Below are positions 12,254 to 23,152 of a DNA stretch of 64,000 bases, in pieces. The position numbers and the translations under genes are program-made. The notes beneath the pieces were generated by a model that saw nothing but the letters and a program-made list of their open reading frames with translations, was not told the origin of the DNA and did no database searches. Positions within the stretch are counted from its first letter, which is position 1. Every line of letters begins with the position of its first letter. Origin of the DNA: Alloascoidea hylecoeti (Eukaryota); NCBI GenBank assembly GCA_001600815.1, contig BCKZ01000011.1, forward strand, positions 641,224 to 705,223, written 5' to 3'.

Positions 12254-14416
12254 ATGAACAGCAGATACTCCTTTTCTCATAGGAGCTCTTCGTCTGGAAC
12301 TATCGACAAATTTTCTGGAGTGCCTTTAAATCCAACCACCGTTTCAAACCATTGTAAACAGATAATCGCTACTTCTTTTGCTCCAAGGATATCACTAATA
12401 ACTTCCGAAGATGTCGATCTGCTCACACGGGAAACAGGTTCTGGCTACTCAAACCTCCAACAGCTACTTCAGTTTTTTGGGGACTCTATAAAGGGGAAAA
12501 TCACAATTAAAGATGCAAAACTTATCAGTAGAACCCGTGAGAAAATGTCTCTCAGATTTATTAATCCAACATATGATAACAAGAGCTACAATAATAGTGC
12601 GACAACAAGAAGCGATTACTATGGGAATCGGTTATTCAACGAATATGAGCTAAGCCAATTGATGACCCATTTTATTAAGAAAACTGAAGAATTAGCTGCT
12701 TTATCTACTTCTTTAGAACAACATTGGGGAATCCGCAATTCAATTTATTTGAAATTCTTCAGTAAAATATGTGCTACTACCACAGACCCGGGTCTTGAAA
12801 TAGTTCCTTTCGAGACCTTTAACCATCCTGTTGCCTGTGTTATTGCAATATCAAGTCGATGCCCCGACCCTCTCCAAACTGCTTCTTTATTATTAGAAAA
12901 AAGTAAACAAAATATCCCAGAATTTATTCACCCAAATTTCTTAAGAACTATATTATACATACATGATGAATCTTCATCAGATATAGATTCTGAGAAAAAA
13001 TCTAAATTGATTATTGATCAACTACGGGCAAAATATGGTAATAATGCTTTTATGATTCGAATCAATAAACCTTTAGAAAAACCTGATGATGAAACATCTT
13101 ATTTAACAACCAAAAAATTAGATTATTCATCTGTTACATCTATAAATGATGAGTTAAATTCAATGAAAACTAATAAATCCGAATCTAATTTAATCCACGA
13201 AGATGATTATAATTCAATCACAGAATATATTAAAATATTACTGATACAATCAGTCATACCTTTTATGGAGAAGTGTATTACCGTATGGGAAGATGAAGTG
13301 GCATCAACACGAAAATCCTTCAGTGGTCGTTTAAAGAAATATTTTGGAGGTTCAAGTACAGCTTCTCAAGCCTCTCAATTATTAGCATACAATTCAGCTA
13401 ATAAATATTACCCTTCTGCAAGTATTGAGGCAATGTTAAGGAAATTGGCAGATTATTCATTTATGTTACGAGATTATCAACATGCTTTTGATACTTATCA
13501 ATTACTACATAAAGATTTTTTAAAGGATAAAGCATGGGCTTATCTAGCATCTTCTCAAGAAATGTCAGTTATCAGTTATTTAATGTTTAATCCTGTTATT
13601 ACTGCAAAGACACGTTTGGGTCTATTAGTCCCATTAGTTGATTCATCCACATATTCTTATATTTCCAGATGTAATTCAAAAACATACGCATTCCGTTGTA
13701 TTTTAATGTTTTCTGAATTACTTTGTACTTGCAAAGATGCCAATTCAGCATCTTCCGTTGCTTCTAAATGGTTATTAAAGATTATTGGCGATGAACTTAC
13801 TGATGAATTAGGAAAAGCTCTTATTTTTGAGAGAATAGCAAATTGTTATAGTATACATGATTTTAATTGGGCAATCGCACAGGCTCAAAAGCTAAGATAT
13901 GAAGATGATAGTATATTAGTTAAAAGATTAGAAAGATCACTTTCTTTAAGTTCAGAAACTGGTAGTATGAGTTCAACTATTTTAACTGCTCCAACAATAT
14001 CTATTGTAAATGAACCATCAAAAATAGGTTCTGAACAAATGGTTAATATTAATGATACAGCAACTGAGGTTAATATTGATGATAATGAACAAGCCATATT
14101 TAATCAAGATCATAAAGTTACATATAGCAATGATCAATTAACAACTGGTTATTTCCGGACTCGTAAGACTGCATTATGGCAATTAATTGCAGCGAAACAA
14201 TGGTATACAATGAATGAAATAACGGAAACTCAATGTTGTATCGAAAATGTAAATCGGATATACAATAAGTTAGATTGGGGGAATAGAGAGGATGGTTTAT
14301 TACATCAATTAACAGAGAATTGTACGATTGCTTATACTAAACAGATAGAAGCCTTAACAAATAATAATATATCATCATCATTACCATCCTCACAATCACA
14401 ACAGACATCAGCATAA
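12254..14416 (+). CDS. TRS85: TRAPPIII-specific subunit Trs85
   Basis: PFETFNHPVACVIAISS, IPFMEKCITVW and LRKLADYSFMLRDY motifs of the Trs85/TRAPPC8 family. Confidence 0.85.
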   Translation: MNSRYSFSHRSSSSGTIDKFSGVPLNPTTVSNHCKQIIATSFAPRISLITSEDVDLLTRETGSGYSNLQQLLQFFGDSIKGKITIKDAKLISRTREKMSLRFINPTYDNKSYNNSATTRSDYYGNRLFNEYELSQLMTHFIKKTEELAALSTSLEQHWGIRNSIYLKFFSKICATTTDPGLEIVPFETFNHPVACVIAISSRCPDPLQTASLLLEKSKQNIPEFIHPNFLRTILYIHDESSSDIDSEKKSKLIIDQLRAKYGNNAFMIRINKPLEKPDDETSYLTTKKLDYSSVTSINDELNSMKTNKSESNLIHEDDYNSITEYIKILLIQSVIPFMEKCITVWEDEVASTRKSFSGRLKKYFGGSSTASQASQLLAYNSANKYYPSASIEAMLRKLADYSFMLRDYQHAFDTYQLLHKDFLKDKAWAYLASSQEMSVISYLMFNPVITAKTRLGLLVPLVDSSTYSYISRCNSKTYAFRCILMFSELLCTCKDANSASSVASKWLLKIIGDELTDELGKALIFERIANCYSIHDFNWAIAQAQKLRYEDDSILVKRLERSLSLSSETGSMSSTILTAPTISIVNEPSKIGSEQMVNINDTATEVNIDDNEQAIFNQDHKVTYSNDQLTTGYFRTRKTALWQLIAAKQWYTMNEITETQCCIENVNRIYNKLDWGNREDGLLHQLTENCTIAYTKQIEALTNNNISSSLPSSQSQQTSA

Positions 14417-15470
14417 ATAATGTAATTATATAGATATTATTCATGTGTTTTGATTTTTATCAATATAGATTTAGATGCACTCTAATACAATTGACATATA
14501 ATTAACATTCGTATATTATTCAAAATGCTCCTCGCACACGATGCAAACAGTCTATTAATCAACAGAAGAAACTTATACCATTCCAGATCTATTTAGCAAA
14601 TGAATAATGCTATACGGGTAATTATATAATCACCCACGATATGGTAGTTAGTTGTGAGAGTATAACCATCAGGAACTTAACTTTAATCAATATAACCTGG
14701 ATTTTCGGCATCTGGGATAAAAATATCAAAGCTCAGTTAAACAACTCCAGGAATATAATCATAAGTCATTGCAATAGTTGTGATCTAAACTAGGGTACAG
14801 ACGATAAGTCAAAATGGAAAAAGTGAACGTAATGAAATAACCATACATAAATCATTGCAATTGCAATTGTTATTTCTAATTGCAAATGTCATATAATATT
14901 CCACGGTGATTAATATTGGATAATAACAAATTTAAACAATTAATTAAATATAAATTCAAATTTAAAGAGATTAAATTAAAAGGTTTGATTCACAAACAAT
15001 CATAAACAACATAACTATACAATAGATTACATAGTTATGAATGAAATATGAATTTATAAATACTTTTCCATCAAGAACTAAAAACGAAATAAAAATTAAT
15101 ATAAACGACTAAAACAAAACATAACTATTAGTATTATAACAAAAATATACTTAAATACGACAGACAATTCAATATAATGATAAAATATGAACAATTTAAA
15201 AAATAACAAAAGGAATGGATGTTAATAATCCAATCAAAGGTGTAAAAAAACTATTTGTGTTTATATGTATATTTTATATATGATATAAATAACCCTGTAT
15301 TAATCATAAAAAGAATAATATACCACCAATACTGTAATTGCAAACTTTTTTAAGCAAGTTATTATTAATTGTTTGAAAATCATTATATTATGTTTTTTAA
15401 GTTTTGATGCTTCAAAAAATTCCATGCAAGTACACAACAACATCCATTATAATTAGCATACAAAACAAAC

Positions 15471-15513
15471 TTTTTTTTTTTTTTTTGGTTNTATATGAAA
15501 AAAAAAAAAAAAA
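15471..15513. other. Probable assembly join: ambiguous base n at 15491 between a poly(T) and a poly(A) tract
   Basis: T16-GGTT-n-TATATG-A16 seen directly. Confidence 0.7.
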
Positions 15514-15630
15514 TTATATAGTCTTTCTTTCTAATTTTCTTTTTATTGTATTTTTTTTTATTTTGAAATTTGAAATTTAAAATTTTATCTGTAAGGGTTA
15601 AACAAAAAAGTCAAGATTATATATTTAAAA

Positions 15631-18600
15631 TTATGTTGATTTTTCATGCCTTGGAGATCCCTGAAAAGAATCTAAACCATTCAATAAAGTTTCAGGTGGA
15701 ACAGTTTCCGTCATTTCTTGTTCAGATATTCTACTTTGCATTGGTTTATAACCCATTCTTTTCTTTGCCATAAAAGACCAAAGAGATCCAGCACCAATAA
15801 TTAAAAACATTAAAGCTAATGAAATAGCTAATGATATTAAAACAACAAAACCTCTCTTCATATTACCATTACCAGAAAGTAAATCAGATAAAGTTTTTGT
15901 ATTTTTTGTATTAAACATAACATTTAATGAACCAGATGTTATTGTTGAATTTGTTGAATTATTAACTGCTGCAATTAAATATGGTGTCCATGATGAACCA
16001 TCATAAAATGCAGCTGAAACATTACCCCATTTTTCAAAAACTAATGCACCAGAAACAAGTAAAACTTGATTATTTGAACCTAATAAAGTATTTGAAGTTG
16101 AACTTGATGTTGAAGATGAAGATGAAGCTGTTGCAGATGTTGAAGCAGTTGTAGTTGAAGATTTTGTTAATTCTAATAATTCTAAATCTTGTAAAACAGA
16201 ACCTGATTTCAAATCAGAATTATACATTTGCCAAGTTGAGCCATTATAACCACCTAAATATTGTGAACCATTTTGATAAGTACCAATAACATAAACTTCA
16301 CCATCGGTTATATCAGTACCAGACATTACCATTTTAGTAACTTCACCACCATCTGGTAAACCAGCACTTAAATCATAAGTTGTATAAGATTTTGATTTAA
16401 AACTATAAGAACAGAAATAAGTTTGATTTCCAACAACTTCCATATTACCAACCAATAGCACATCATTTGAATCTAATAAACTAATTGAATTAACAGTACC
16501 AGAAAAAGCCGAAATTGAAGAAACAGGATTTTTCCATTGTAAAGAATCTAAATCATAGAGACAAAATGAAGGACAATTTAATGAACCAACTTGTTGAAAA
16601 TTACCAGCAACCATTAAAGTATTTGAACTTTTATGTCTTGAGAAAGTATTAACAGTTGAATCACCACCATAAACACCAGGAGGTTGAGAATTACTTAATT
16701 CATTTGAATTTAAATCATAAAAGAATAAATTATTAAAAGAATTTGAACCAGAAGTTGCAGTGAAATGACCACCAACATATAAAACATTATCATTTTCAAA
16801 AAAAGATCTAATATTTGAATCATTACCAAATGTTAAATCATTAATACCATAAGCAATTGTATTATTATTACTATCACTTGTAAAAAATAAAATATTTTCA
16901 TTTGTTGAATTTTCAGATGATGATGATGATGAAGAAGAATTAAATTGAAATTGACCACCAACAACAGAAAGTGATGAATTAACGTACCAACCTGCATAAA
17001 AAATTCTATTTGTTGAATCATCTTTAATAAAATCAATTTGATTTGAAATTGATAAATTTGTAACAGAATTAGTTAAAGAAATTAAACCTGAACCACCAAT
17101 ATCATTATATAATAATTTCCCATTATAAATAGTAAAATCATTTGATGATGATGACCATGATGAAGCAAAACGAGCATTTAATGAAATATCTGTTGATGAA
17201 TCAGAATCTAAAAATTTTGCATCATTTATAAACCAAATAGATGAAGATTCAGAATTTAAATTTTCTTCTTCATTATTACCAATATAAATTGGATTTGTAA
17301 AAATTAAAAATGAACCACCATTTAAACTAAATGGAGTTATAATTGCATCAGTAAAATTAATACCAGTTCCAAAACGTGACCAAGCATTATCTTTAATTCT
17401 ATAAGCAGCAACATTTTTTAAACCATTTGAACTTGAACTAGCTCTTTTAACCAATTTTTTTGTTTCTTCATCAGTATCTTTTGAAGATTGTGAATTTAAA
17501 GTTGATTCAGAAGAAGAAGAACCTAAATCAGAAAAATTACCAGTCATAATTAAAGTTTGATTAATGACTTTAACAGATGATAAAGGACCATTTAAACCAT
17601 CATTTTTAAAAGATTTTAAAGTACCATCAATTTGATTTAAATCAGAATTATAATTTAAATCAATAAATTGTAAAATATTATAACCAAAATTTGGATGTTT
17701 AAATTCACCAGCAATAAAAAATTGATTTAAATTATATAAATCAAATGAATTAATTTTAACTGATCCATAAGTATTTTTTAATTCATTTTTAAATTCAGTT
17801 TCATAATCATTTAATAATTCTAAATAATCATCTAAACTTACAGAAGTTGAACCATCTTCATAATCATTTAAATCTGAAATTAAATCATTTAATACATCAG
17901 TTAATGTTGAATCAGTAGTATTAATTAATGAAAATAATGTATTTATTGATGTATTACCAATTGGCGCAAAAGTTGAATCATCTTTCCATTTTGTAAAATT
18001 ATTTAAATTATATTCAAATAAACCATTTAAATTAATTTGTCCTTCAATATAAGTTAAACTTGTTGTATTTAAACTAGTTATTGTTGAATTTGAACTTGAA
18101 CTAGAGTTTGTAGAAGATGAAGAATTTGTTGATGATGAAGAATTTTTAATAAAAGTTGGATCTAAAGAAATTGCTTCAATAACAATTTTATTTGCAACCA
18201 TTATTAAAGAATTATCATCTTGACCTAAAGCAGTACCATAAGGTTCCATTTTAATAACAGGTTGTTGTTTTGAATCACCATCATTAACAATGACATAACC
18301 AGTATATAAAGTATCATATTTATCATAATCATTTGTTTGAAAGATTTGTTGAGTAAAATTAGTATACTCACCTTTAATTGTTGACATTGATAAATTAACT
18401 TGACCACGATAATCACAAGTACTATCTTCATCACAACCGGGAGTATAAATTTTAATTGAATAATTACCAGAATAAGTTATATTTGGAGTAAAAGTAATAT
18501 AAACATCATCAGAAGTTGGTTTACCATCAGTAACAGCAATTTTATTTGCTAAATAAGTAGCAGTACCATCTTCTAAAGTTGGAGTATACCAATTATCACC

Positions 18601-20013
18601 ATTAGTTGATGAAGAAGCAACACCATAGCCACCAGAAGATAAACTTGTAATTGAAGTATCACAACTTGGCATTTCATTATAAGATTCATTTGCCCAAACA
18701 ACTATAGATTTTTCATAAATTTCAACACCATTTAAACCAGCATTATTACCATAATAATCAGTAATGTATAATTGTAATTCATACATTGAAATATTATTAT
18801 AAAATTTAAATTCTTGATAATCATTAGACCAACCTAAATAAGGATCATTATAAGAATTATAATTTTTAGCTTTTTCTTTAGTTGTTAATTGATCAGATAA
18901 ACTCAACAAACTGTTACCAGTAAGCATTGGACAAGCAGAATCACAAACAATTTCTTCACCAGTTGAAGGATCAACATAAGTTAAATTTAAAATACCATTT
19001 AATGGGAAAGCAGTTAATCTAAAAGTTTTAACACCATTATCTGATTCAGGTAAATTATAAAGTCTTAATTTTGAAGGAGTAAATTTATAAGGTAAAGTCA
19101 TTTGCCAATTACCAGCACCTTTATCTAAAAGATCCCAATCGGTTGTACCAGGACAAACAATTTGTTCAGCTTCAGACAATTCACCAGAAGTAACTTCAAT
19201 AGTTGCAGGATTTAAAGAAATTTTTTGAAACATTGATTTTAAAGTTGATTCAGCAGTTTTAGTTGAAGAAGAATTTGTCTCATTTAAATAATTATACAAA
19301 GAAGTTATATTTTGAAAATAAGGAGAAGATAATTGTTGTAGAGTAACATTACCAATACTTGTAAAATTCCCACCAAATATAATGGATTGACTGTCATTTA
19401 AAGTGATATGTTTTATTGAATTTATAATACTATTTTTAGAAAAACCTTGAAAATCGGTAGTGCCTATTAAAGAGGTTGTTGTGTTGTAGGTGATTACACC
19501 ATAATTATTGTTGTATTGTAGATCTCCACCAATGTAAACAACATCATCAGTACAAAGCATGGTGTTAATGGAGGTGATTTCGAGAGCTGAAGAGGCAGAC
19601 GAAGACAGGTTATAGATGTCGCCAGAGGAAATGTCTAGCATGGCCAGGCTGGATAGCGACTGCTGGTTGATATTGGAGAAATTCCCAGCAAGGAATAAAG
19701 TATTTTCAATCTGGCATGTAGCAGAAACATAACCATCCATCCTCAACAGGGTTGTGAAGACGTCGGTGTCATTAAAGTTGAGCAGCATTTCGTAGGATGA
19801 GTCGCCATCGGAAGAGAATGTGTAGTTTTCCTGGCCCCCGTACTTGTAGACGGAGATGCCGTTGTAGTCGCCCATGAAAAAGAGGTCGCCGATGGAGGAC
19901 TTGACGTCGATGGAGGGCTGCTCGACCTGCTCGATGGAGAACAGGGCCGCCCGGACGCTCTGGGGAGCCCAGACGGAGTACAGCAGGATGAATAGAAAGG
20001 AAACGAGCGACAT
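15631..20013 (-). CDS. RAX2: Rax2 cortical polarity / bud-site-selection membrane protein
   Basis: Signal peptide; large N-glycosylated ectodomain (PSKLRLYN, YTPGC...C..RGQV, QTN.YDKYD.LY, GGxF propeller repeats); single C-terminal TM GFVVLISLAISL; tail RISEQEMTETVPPE. Confidence 0.88.
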   Translation of the reverse strand: MSLVSFLFILLYSVWAPQSVRAALFSIEQVEQPSIDVKSSIGDLFFMGDYNGISVYKYGGQENYTFSSDGDSSYEMLLNFNDTDVFTTLLRMDGYVSATCQIENTLFLAGNFSNINQQSLSSLAMLDISSGDIYNLSSSASSALEITSINTMLCTDDVVYIGGDLQYNNNYGVITYNTTTSLIGTTDFQGFSKNSIINSIKHITLNDSQSIIFGGNFTSIGNVTLQQLSSPYFQNITSLYNYLNETNSSSTKTAESTLKSMFQKISLNPATIEVTSGELSEAEQIVCPGTTDWDLLDKGAGNWQMTLPYKFTPSKLRLYNLPESDNGVKTFRLTAFPLNGILNLTYVDPSTGEEIVCDSACPMLTGNSLLSLSDQLTTKEKAKNYNSYNDPYLGWSNDYQEFKFYNNISMYELQLYITDYYGNNAGLNGVEIYEKSIVVWANESYNEMPSCDTSITSLSSGGYGVASSSTNGDNWYTPTLEDGTATYLANKIAVTDGKPTSDDVYITFTPNITYSGNYSIKIYTPGCDEDSTCDYRGQVNLSMSTIKGEYTNFTQQIFQTNDYDKYDTLYTGYVIVNDGDSKQQPVIKMEPYGTALGQDDNSLIMVANKIVIEAISLDPTFIKNSSSSTNSSSSTNSSSSSNSTITSLNTTSLTYIEGQINLNGLFEYNLNNFTKWKDDSTFAPIGNTSINTLFSLINTTDSTLTDVLNDLISDLNDYEDGSTSVSLDDYLELLNDYETEFKNELKNTYGSVKINSFDLYNLNQFFIAGEFKHPNFGYNILQFIDLNYNSDLNQIDGTLKSFKNDGLNGPLSSVKVINQTLIMTGNFSDLGSSSSESTLNSQSSKDTDEETKKLVKRASSSSNGLKNVAAYRIKDNAWSRFGTGINFTDAIITPFSLNGGSFLIFTNPIYIGNNEEENLNSESSSIWFINDAKFLDSDSSTDISLNARFASSWSSSSNDFTIYNGKLLYNDIGGSGLISLTNSVTNLSISNQIDFIKDDSTNRIFYAGWYVNSSLSVVGGQFQFNSSSSSSSSENSTNENILFFTSDSNNNTIAYGINDLTFGNDSNIRSFFENDNVLYVGGHFTATSGSNSFNNLFFYDLNSNELSNSQPPGVYGGDSTVNTFSRHKSSNTLMVAGNFQQVGSLNCPSFCLYDLDSLQWKNPVSSISAFSGTVNSISLLDSNDVLLVGNMEVVGNQTYFCSYSFKSKSYTTYDLSAGLPDGGEVTKMVMSGTDITDGEVYVIGTYQNGSQYLGGYNGSTWQMYNSDLKSGSVLQDLELLELTKSSTTTASTSATASSSSSTSSSTSNTLLGSNNQVLLVSGALVFEKWGNVSAAFYDGSSWTPYLIAAVNNSTNSTITSGSLNVMFNTKNTKTLSDLLSGNGNMKRGFVVLISLAISLALMFLIIGAGSLWSFMAKKRMGYKPMQSRISEQEMTETVPPETLLNGLDSFQGSPRHEKST

Positions 20014-20161
20014 TCTGTGTTTGGGATGAAGTGAAAAGGAGGTTTGGCGACACGAAGGATACAGAATGTGGCACGTGACGGGCGACGGCAGAAAGCAACT
20101 TTATTACAGGCGTAGTTTTTTTGTACACAGTCTCACATTACTTATTGCTCTATTTTTATTT

Positions 20162-20437
20162 CTAGGGGTACTTTTCGACCGCGTCCTGCAGAAAGTCAAA
20201 CTGCTCGTTCTCCATCACCGCTTTCTTCAGGTGCGACGGGCTGACCTTGCGCGCCCCCTGCCGCCGGCACTCCTCCACCGTCCCGCGCACCAGGCTGACC
20301 AGAAACAGCTCCAGGGCCTTGCCCACGATGATGGGCGTCGCCTGGGCCACCTTGCCGATGTCCTCGTCCGACTGCATCAGCTTCTTGATCCTCGCCGTCG
20401 GGAAGTGTGTCTTGATGTCCTCGTGTTGTAGAACCAT
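20162..20437 (-). CDS. BUR6: NC2 alpha subunit (Bur6/Ncb1/DRAP1), histone fold, 91 aa
   Basis: IKTHFPTARIKKLMQSDEDIGKVAQATP..KALELF...EQFDFL. TATAAAAG on the minus strand at ~20563-20570. Confidence 0.92.
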   Translation of the reverse strand: MVLQHEDIKTHFPTARIKKLMQSDEDIGKVAQATPIIVGKALELFLVSLVRGTVEECRRQGARKVSPSHLKKAVMENEQFDFLQDAVEKYP

Positions 20438-20449
20438 TCTTCTGTGTTT

Positions 20450-20538
20450 GCTCGCGTTTGCTCGGCTGCTCGCGTTTCCACCGGTGCTTGTTCCTGCGCT
20501 TTTGCTCGGTGGCTGTTGTTCGTTTTTCGTGTTTCGTG
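20450..20538 (-). promoter_or_regulatory. Cluster of G1/S-type elements: tandem SCB CACGAAA x2 and AAACGCGAGC x2 (MCB-like)
   Basis: + strand TTTCGTG at 20525-20531 and 20532-20538; GCTCGCGTTT at 20450-20459 and 20468-20477. Confidence 0.35.
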
Positions 20539-20677
20539 CTTTTTTGCGGACTTCTGCCCACTTTTATATTTACTCACAGGTGCACGGGTGTACTCGCACG
20601 CATTGGCTTTCTTGCTTTTCTTATTATTTAAACTATATATATATATAATTTATAATTTATACGTCCAATGTGAATCT

Positions 20678-22762
20678 TCACTTCCTTTGGAATTTGTCCA
20701 ACAGCTCCGTATTGACTTTTCCAAATCCTTGGTCCAAATCAAGCAACAGTCTTAATGCATTTCTACTTTTCAAAAACTTTAGCCCCTGATGTCCTGATTC
20801 ATAAATCCCTTTTCCTGCTCTTTTAACTTCTTCATCAATATCTTCAATACTTGGAACTAAATGCCCTCCTTCCGTCTTGGCGTGTCCTGGTAATGGAATT
20901 AACTTATGTAGTGCTTCATAGGCTGCTAATGTAAATCCAAATTGTGGTGATGATCTTAAAACTCTTGCTACTCCACCTTTGAAGAATGCTTTAAATCCTT
21001 CTTCTTTTAAAATCGTTTTAGCGCAATGTCTTAATCCATGGTATTGTGTCTGTCCTTGTCTTGCTTCAACTTGTAATCGTGTTTTAATAACATCCGCTGG
21101 TGTTGATAAATAAGCCGCTGGCATACCTGCAATTGCTCCTGCTGTTAATAACTCCAAAACATTTAATTGCTTATTTGGTCCTTCATTAAAAACATCTTTT
21201 TTCAAATGTGCATAGGTTGGAAAATAAATTGCTGAAAATGGTACATCTCTTAATAAACATGCTGAAGCTCCTTTATATAATCCCATTAATCCTAATGATC
21301 TTACAACCCAAATTGCTCCACGTCTTGGTAATGTTGGATCTGCTTTTAATAATTCTCCTTGAATTTGTAATCGAATCTTAACAATTTCTAATGGATTTGT
21401 AAAAACAACTTGACATCCTCCTGCACTACCACCTGCTAAAATTTCAAATGGTAATGCAATCTTCCCATTTGAATCTGCTGCTTTACCACGAATTAAATCA
21501 TTAACTGTTAATTTAATTGCCTTTTCAGGTGCAACTCCAACTAATTGTGGTCCTAATCCAGAATATAATCCTGTAAAACCTTCTCTTGAAACTGTTTTTT
21601 TAAAACAATCCCATGAATTTTTATACATTACTTGACCAGGAGTTGAAGATCTTTGATTTTGCATTCTTGTTTTAACTAAATCAATTGGATAAACCATTGT
21701 TGCTCCAAATGCTCCAGCAACTGCTCCTAATCCAAAATTATAAGCACTTTCAAAAACTTGATTTAAAAATGTTTTTGGATCTTTTGTTATATTTTGTGCT
21801 GATTCAATTTTATGTTGTTCTGCCAATGCATATCTTATTGATGGTTCACGATAAGAAGGATCAATAACTTTTTTAAAATCTTCAAATTTAACACCTCCAT
21901 CTTTTGATGATGATGATGATGAATTTAATGATGCAAAGAAAAATAATATATCAACTTCTAATGGTGAAAATATAGCAAATCTTGTTGATCTTGAAACTTC
22001 ATCATTAAATAATTTTTTAGAAATTAATCCATCTTTTGTCTTTTTAACAGCAGAATTTGCAATAAAATCAACTAAATCTGAATGATTTAAAACATTAAGA
22101 AATGCTCTTGTTGCAGAATAAGAAATTTCATTACCTGAATTCAATAAATTTGGTAATTTATTTAAATTTTCTAAAACTTGTTTTGATGCTTTATGTGATA
22201 AAGTTTCTTCAATTAAAATTTTAAATTCATCAATTTTAATATGACCAGTTCTTTTTTTATCATAATATAAAAAACCTTGTCTGACTCTTTCACCAACAAT
22301 TCCTGATAATAATTGAGAAAAATCAGAATAAGTTAATGAATCTCTTGTACCTTTTTTTCCAAGATATAATTGTGCCCATGATGAATCCCAATCAAATGGA
22401 ATTTCACTTGTTTTATTTTTTGAATATTGATTTTTAAATTCTGATGGTGATACTTTCCCATTACCCGATTTATCAAAAAATCTAAAAGCAATTTCATAAT
22501 CAGCATCTGGTAAATTTAATAAATTTTCAAATGAAATCCAATCATCTAATGTAACATAACCTTTATCATTAGAATCGGCAACTGGGAATAAAACTGCAAA
22601 TGATTTTCTTGAAATTTTAGAATAGTCTAATTGTGGTGGAGCAATTGCATTTATAAAATCATTTGGTGTCATAACTTTTGTTCCGTTAACCGTTGAAGAA
22701 GCATATTTCTCAAATATTTGGTCTGCAGGAACCGGGCCTGATTTATGGAGAGCAATAGCCAT
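20678..22762 (-). CDS. AGC1: Mitochondrial aspartate/glutamate carrier with N-terminal EF-hands (aralar/citrin type)
   Basis: Three carrier signatures (PIDLVKTRMQ, PLEIVKIRLQ, PADVIKTRLQ), GVAPEKAIKLTVND, LLRDVPFSAIYFP; EF-hand-like loops in the N-terminal half. Confidence 0.92.
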   Translation of the reverse strand: MAIALHKSGPVPADQIFEKYASSTVNGTKVMTPNDFINAIAPPQLDYSKISRKSFAVLFPVADSNDKGYVTLDDWISFENLLNLPDADYEIAFRFFDKSGNGKVSPSEFKNQYSKNKTSEIPFDWDSSWAQLYLGKKGTRDSLTYSDFSQLLSGIVGERVRQGFLYYDKKRTGHIKIDEFKILIEETLSHKASKQVLENLNKLPNLLNSGNEISYSATRAFLNVLNHSDLVDFIANSAVKKTKDGLISKKLFNDEVSRSTRFAIFSPLEVDILFFFASLNSSSSSSKDGGVKFEDFKKVIDPSYREPSIRYALAEQHKIESAQNITKDPKTFLNQVFESAYNFGLGAVAGAFGATMVYPIDLVKTRMQNQRSSTPGQVMYKNSWDCFKKTVSREGFTGLYSGLGPQLVGVAPEKAIKLTVNDLIRGKAADSNGKIALPFEILAGGSAGGCQVVFTNPLEIVKIRLQIQGELLKADPTLPRRGAIWVVRSLGLMGLYKGASACLLRDVPFSAIYFPTYAHLKKDVFNEGPNKQLNVLELLTAGAIAGMPAAYLSTPADVIKTRLQVEARQGQTQYHGLRHCAKTILKEEGFKAFFKGGVARVLRSSPQFGFTLAAYEALHKLIPLPGHAKTEGGHLVPSIEDIDEEVKRAGKGIYESGHQGLKFLKSRNALRLLLDLDQGFGKVNTELLDKFQRK

Positions 22763-23152
22763 TATGATGAATGATAATGGAAAAGTGAAAGTGAAAGACA
22801 GGTGAAGTGGGAGTTAAGTTAAAAAAGTGGAGGAAATTGGAAATTGGAAACCTTTTTATAATTGTTATAGCGAGCTACAACTTCCTCACGAGAACGTGAG
22901 AGCGGAACCGGCCGGGTGTGGACTATTTGAGGAGTTACCGCCATTAACACGGGTCCGGGACTCGACCGGTGGGTCACCGGGTTGCAAGGATCCTATTTTT
23001 TCCGAAGCGGACGGAAGCGGAGAAGAAAATCGCAAAATCGCTAATTTTCATATATTTTTCTTTTCATTCGATGAAAAATGCCAATCTTTTTACTATTAAA
23101 TTACCACGAGATTACGTAATATCGGCCCGGGTGCCAGCCAGTCCATCTATAC

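Noticed and set aside
15471..15513. Poly(T)/poly(A) inverted arrangement as a hairpin or retro-insertion
   Set aside because: Centred on an n, so most simply an assembly junction.
19772..20755. Six overlapping 66-133 aa ORFs around BUR6
   Set aside because: By-product of stop-codon scarcity in the GC spike; only the BUR6 frame has family motifs and G/C-ending codon bias.
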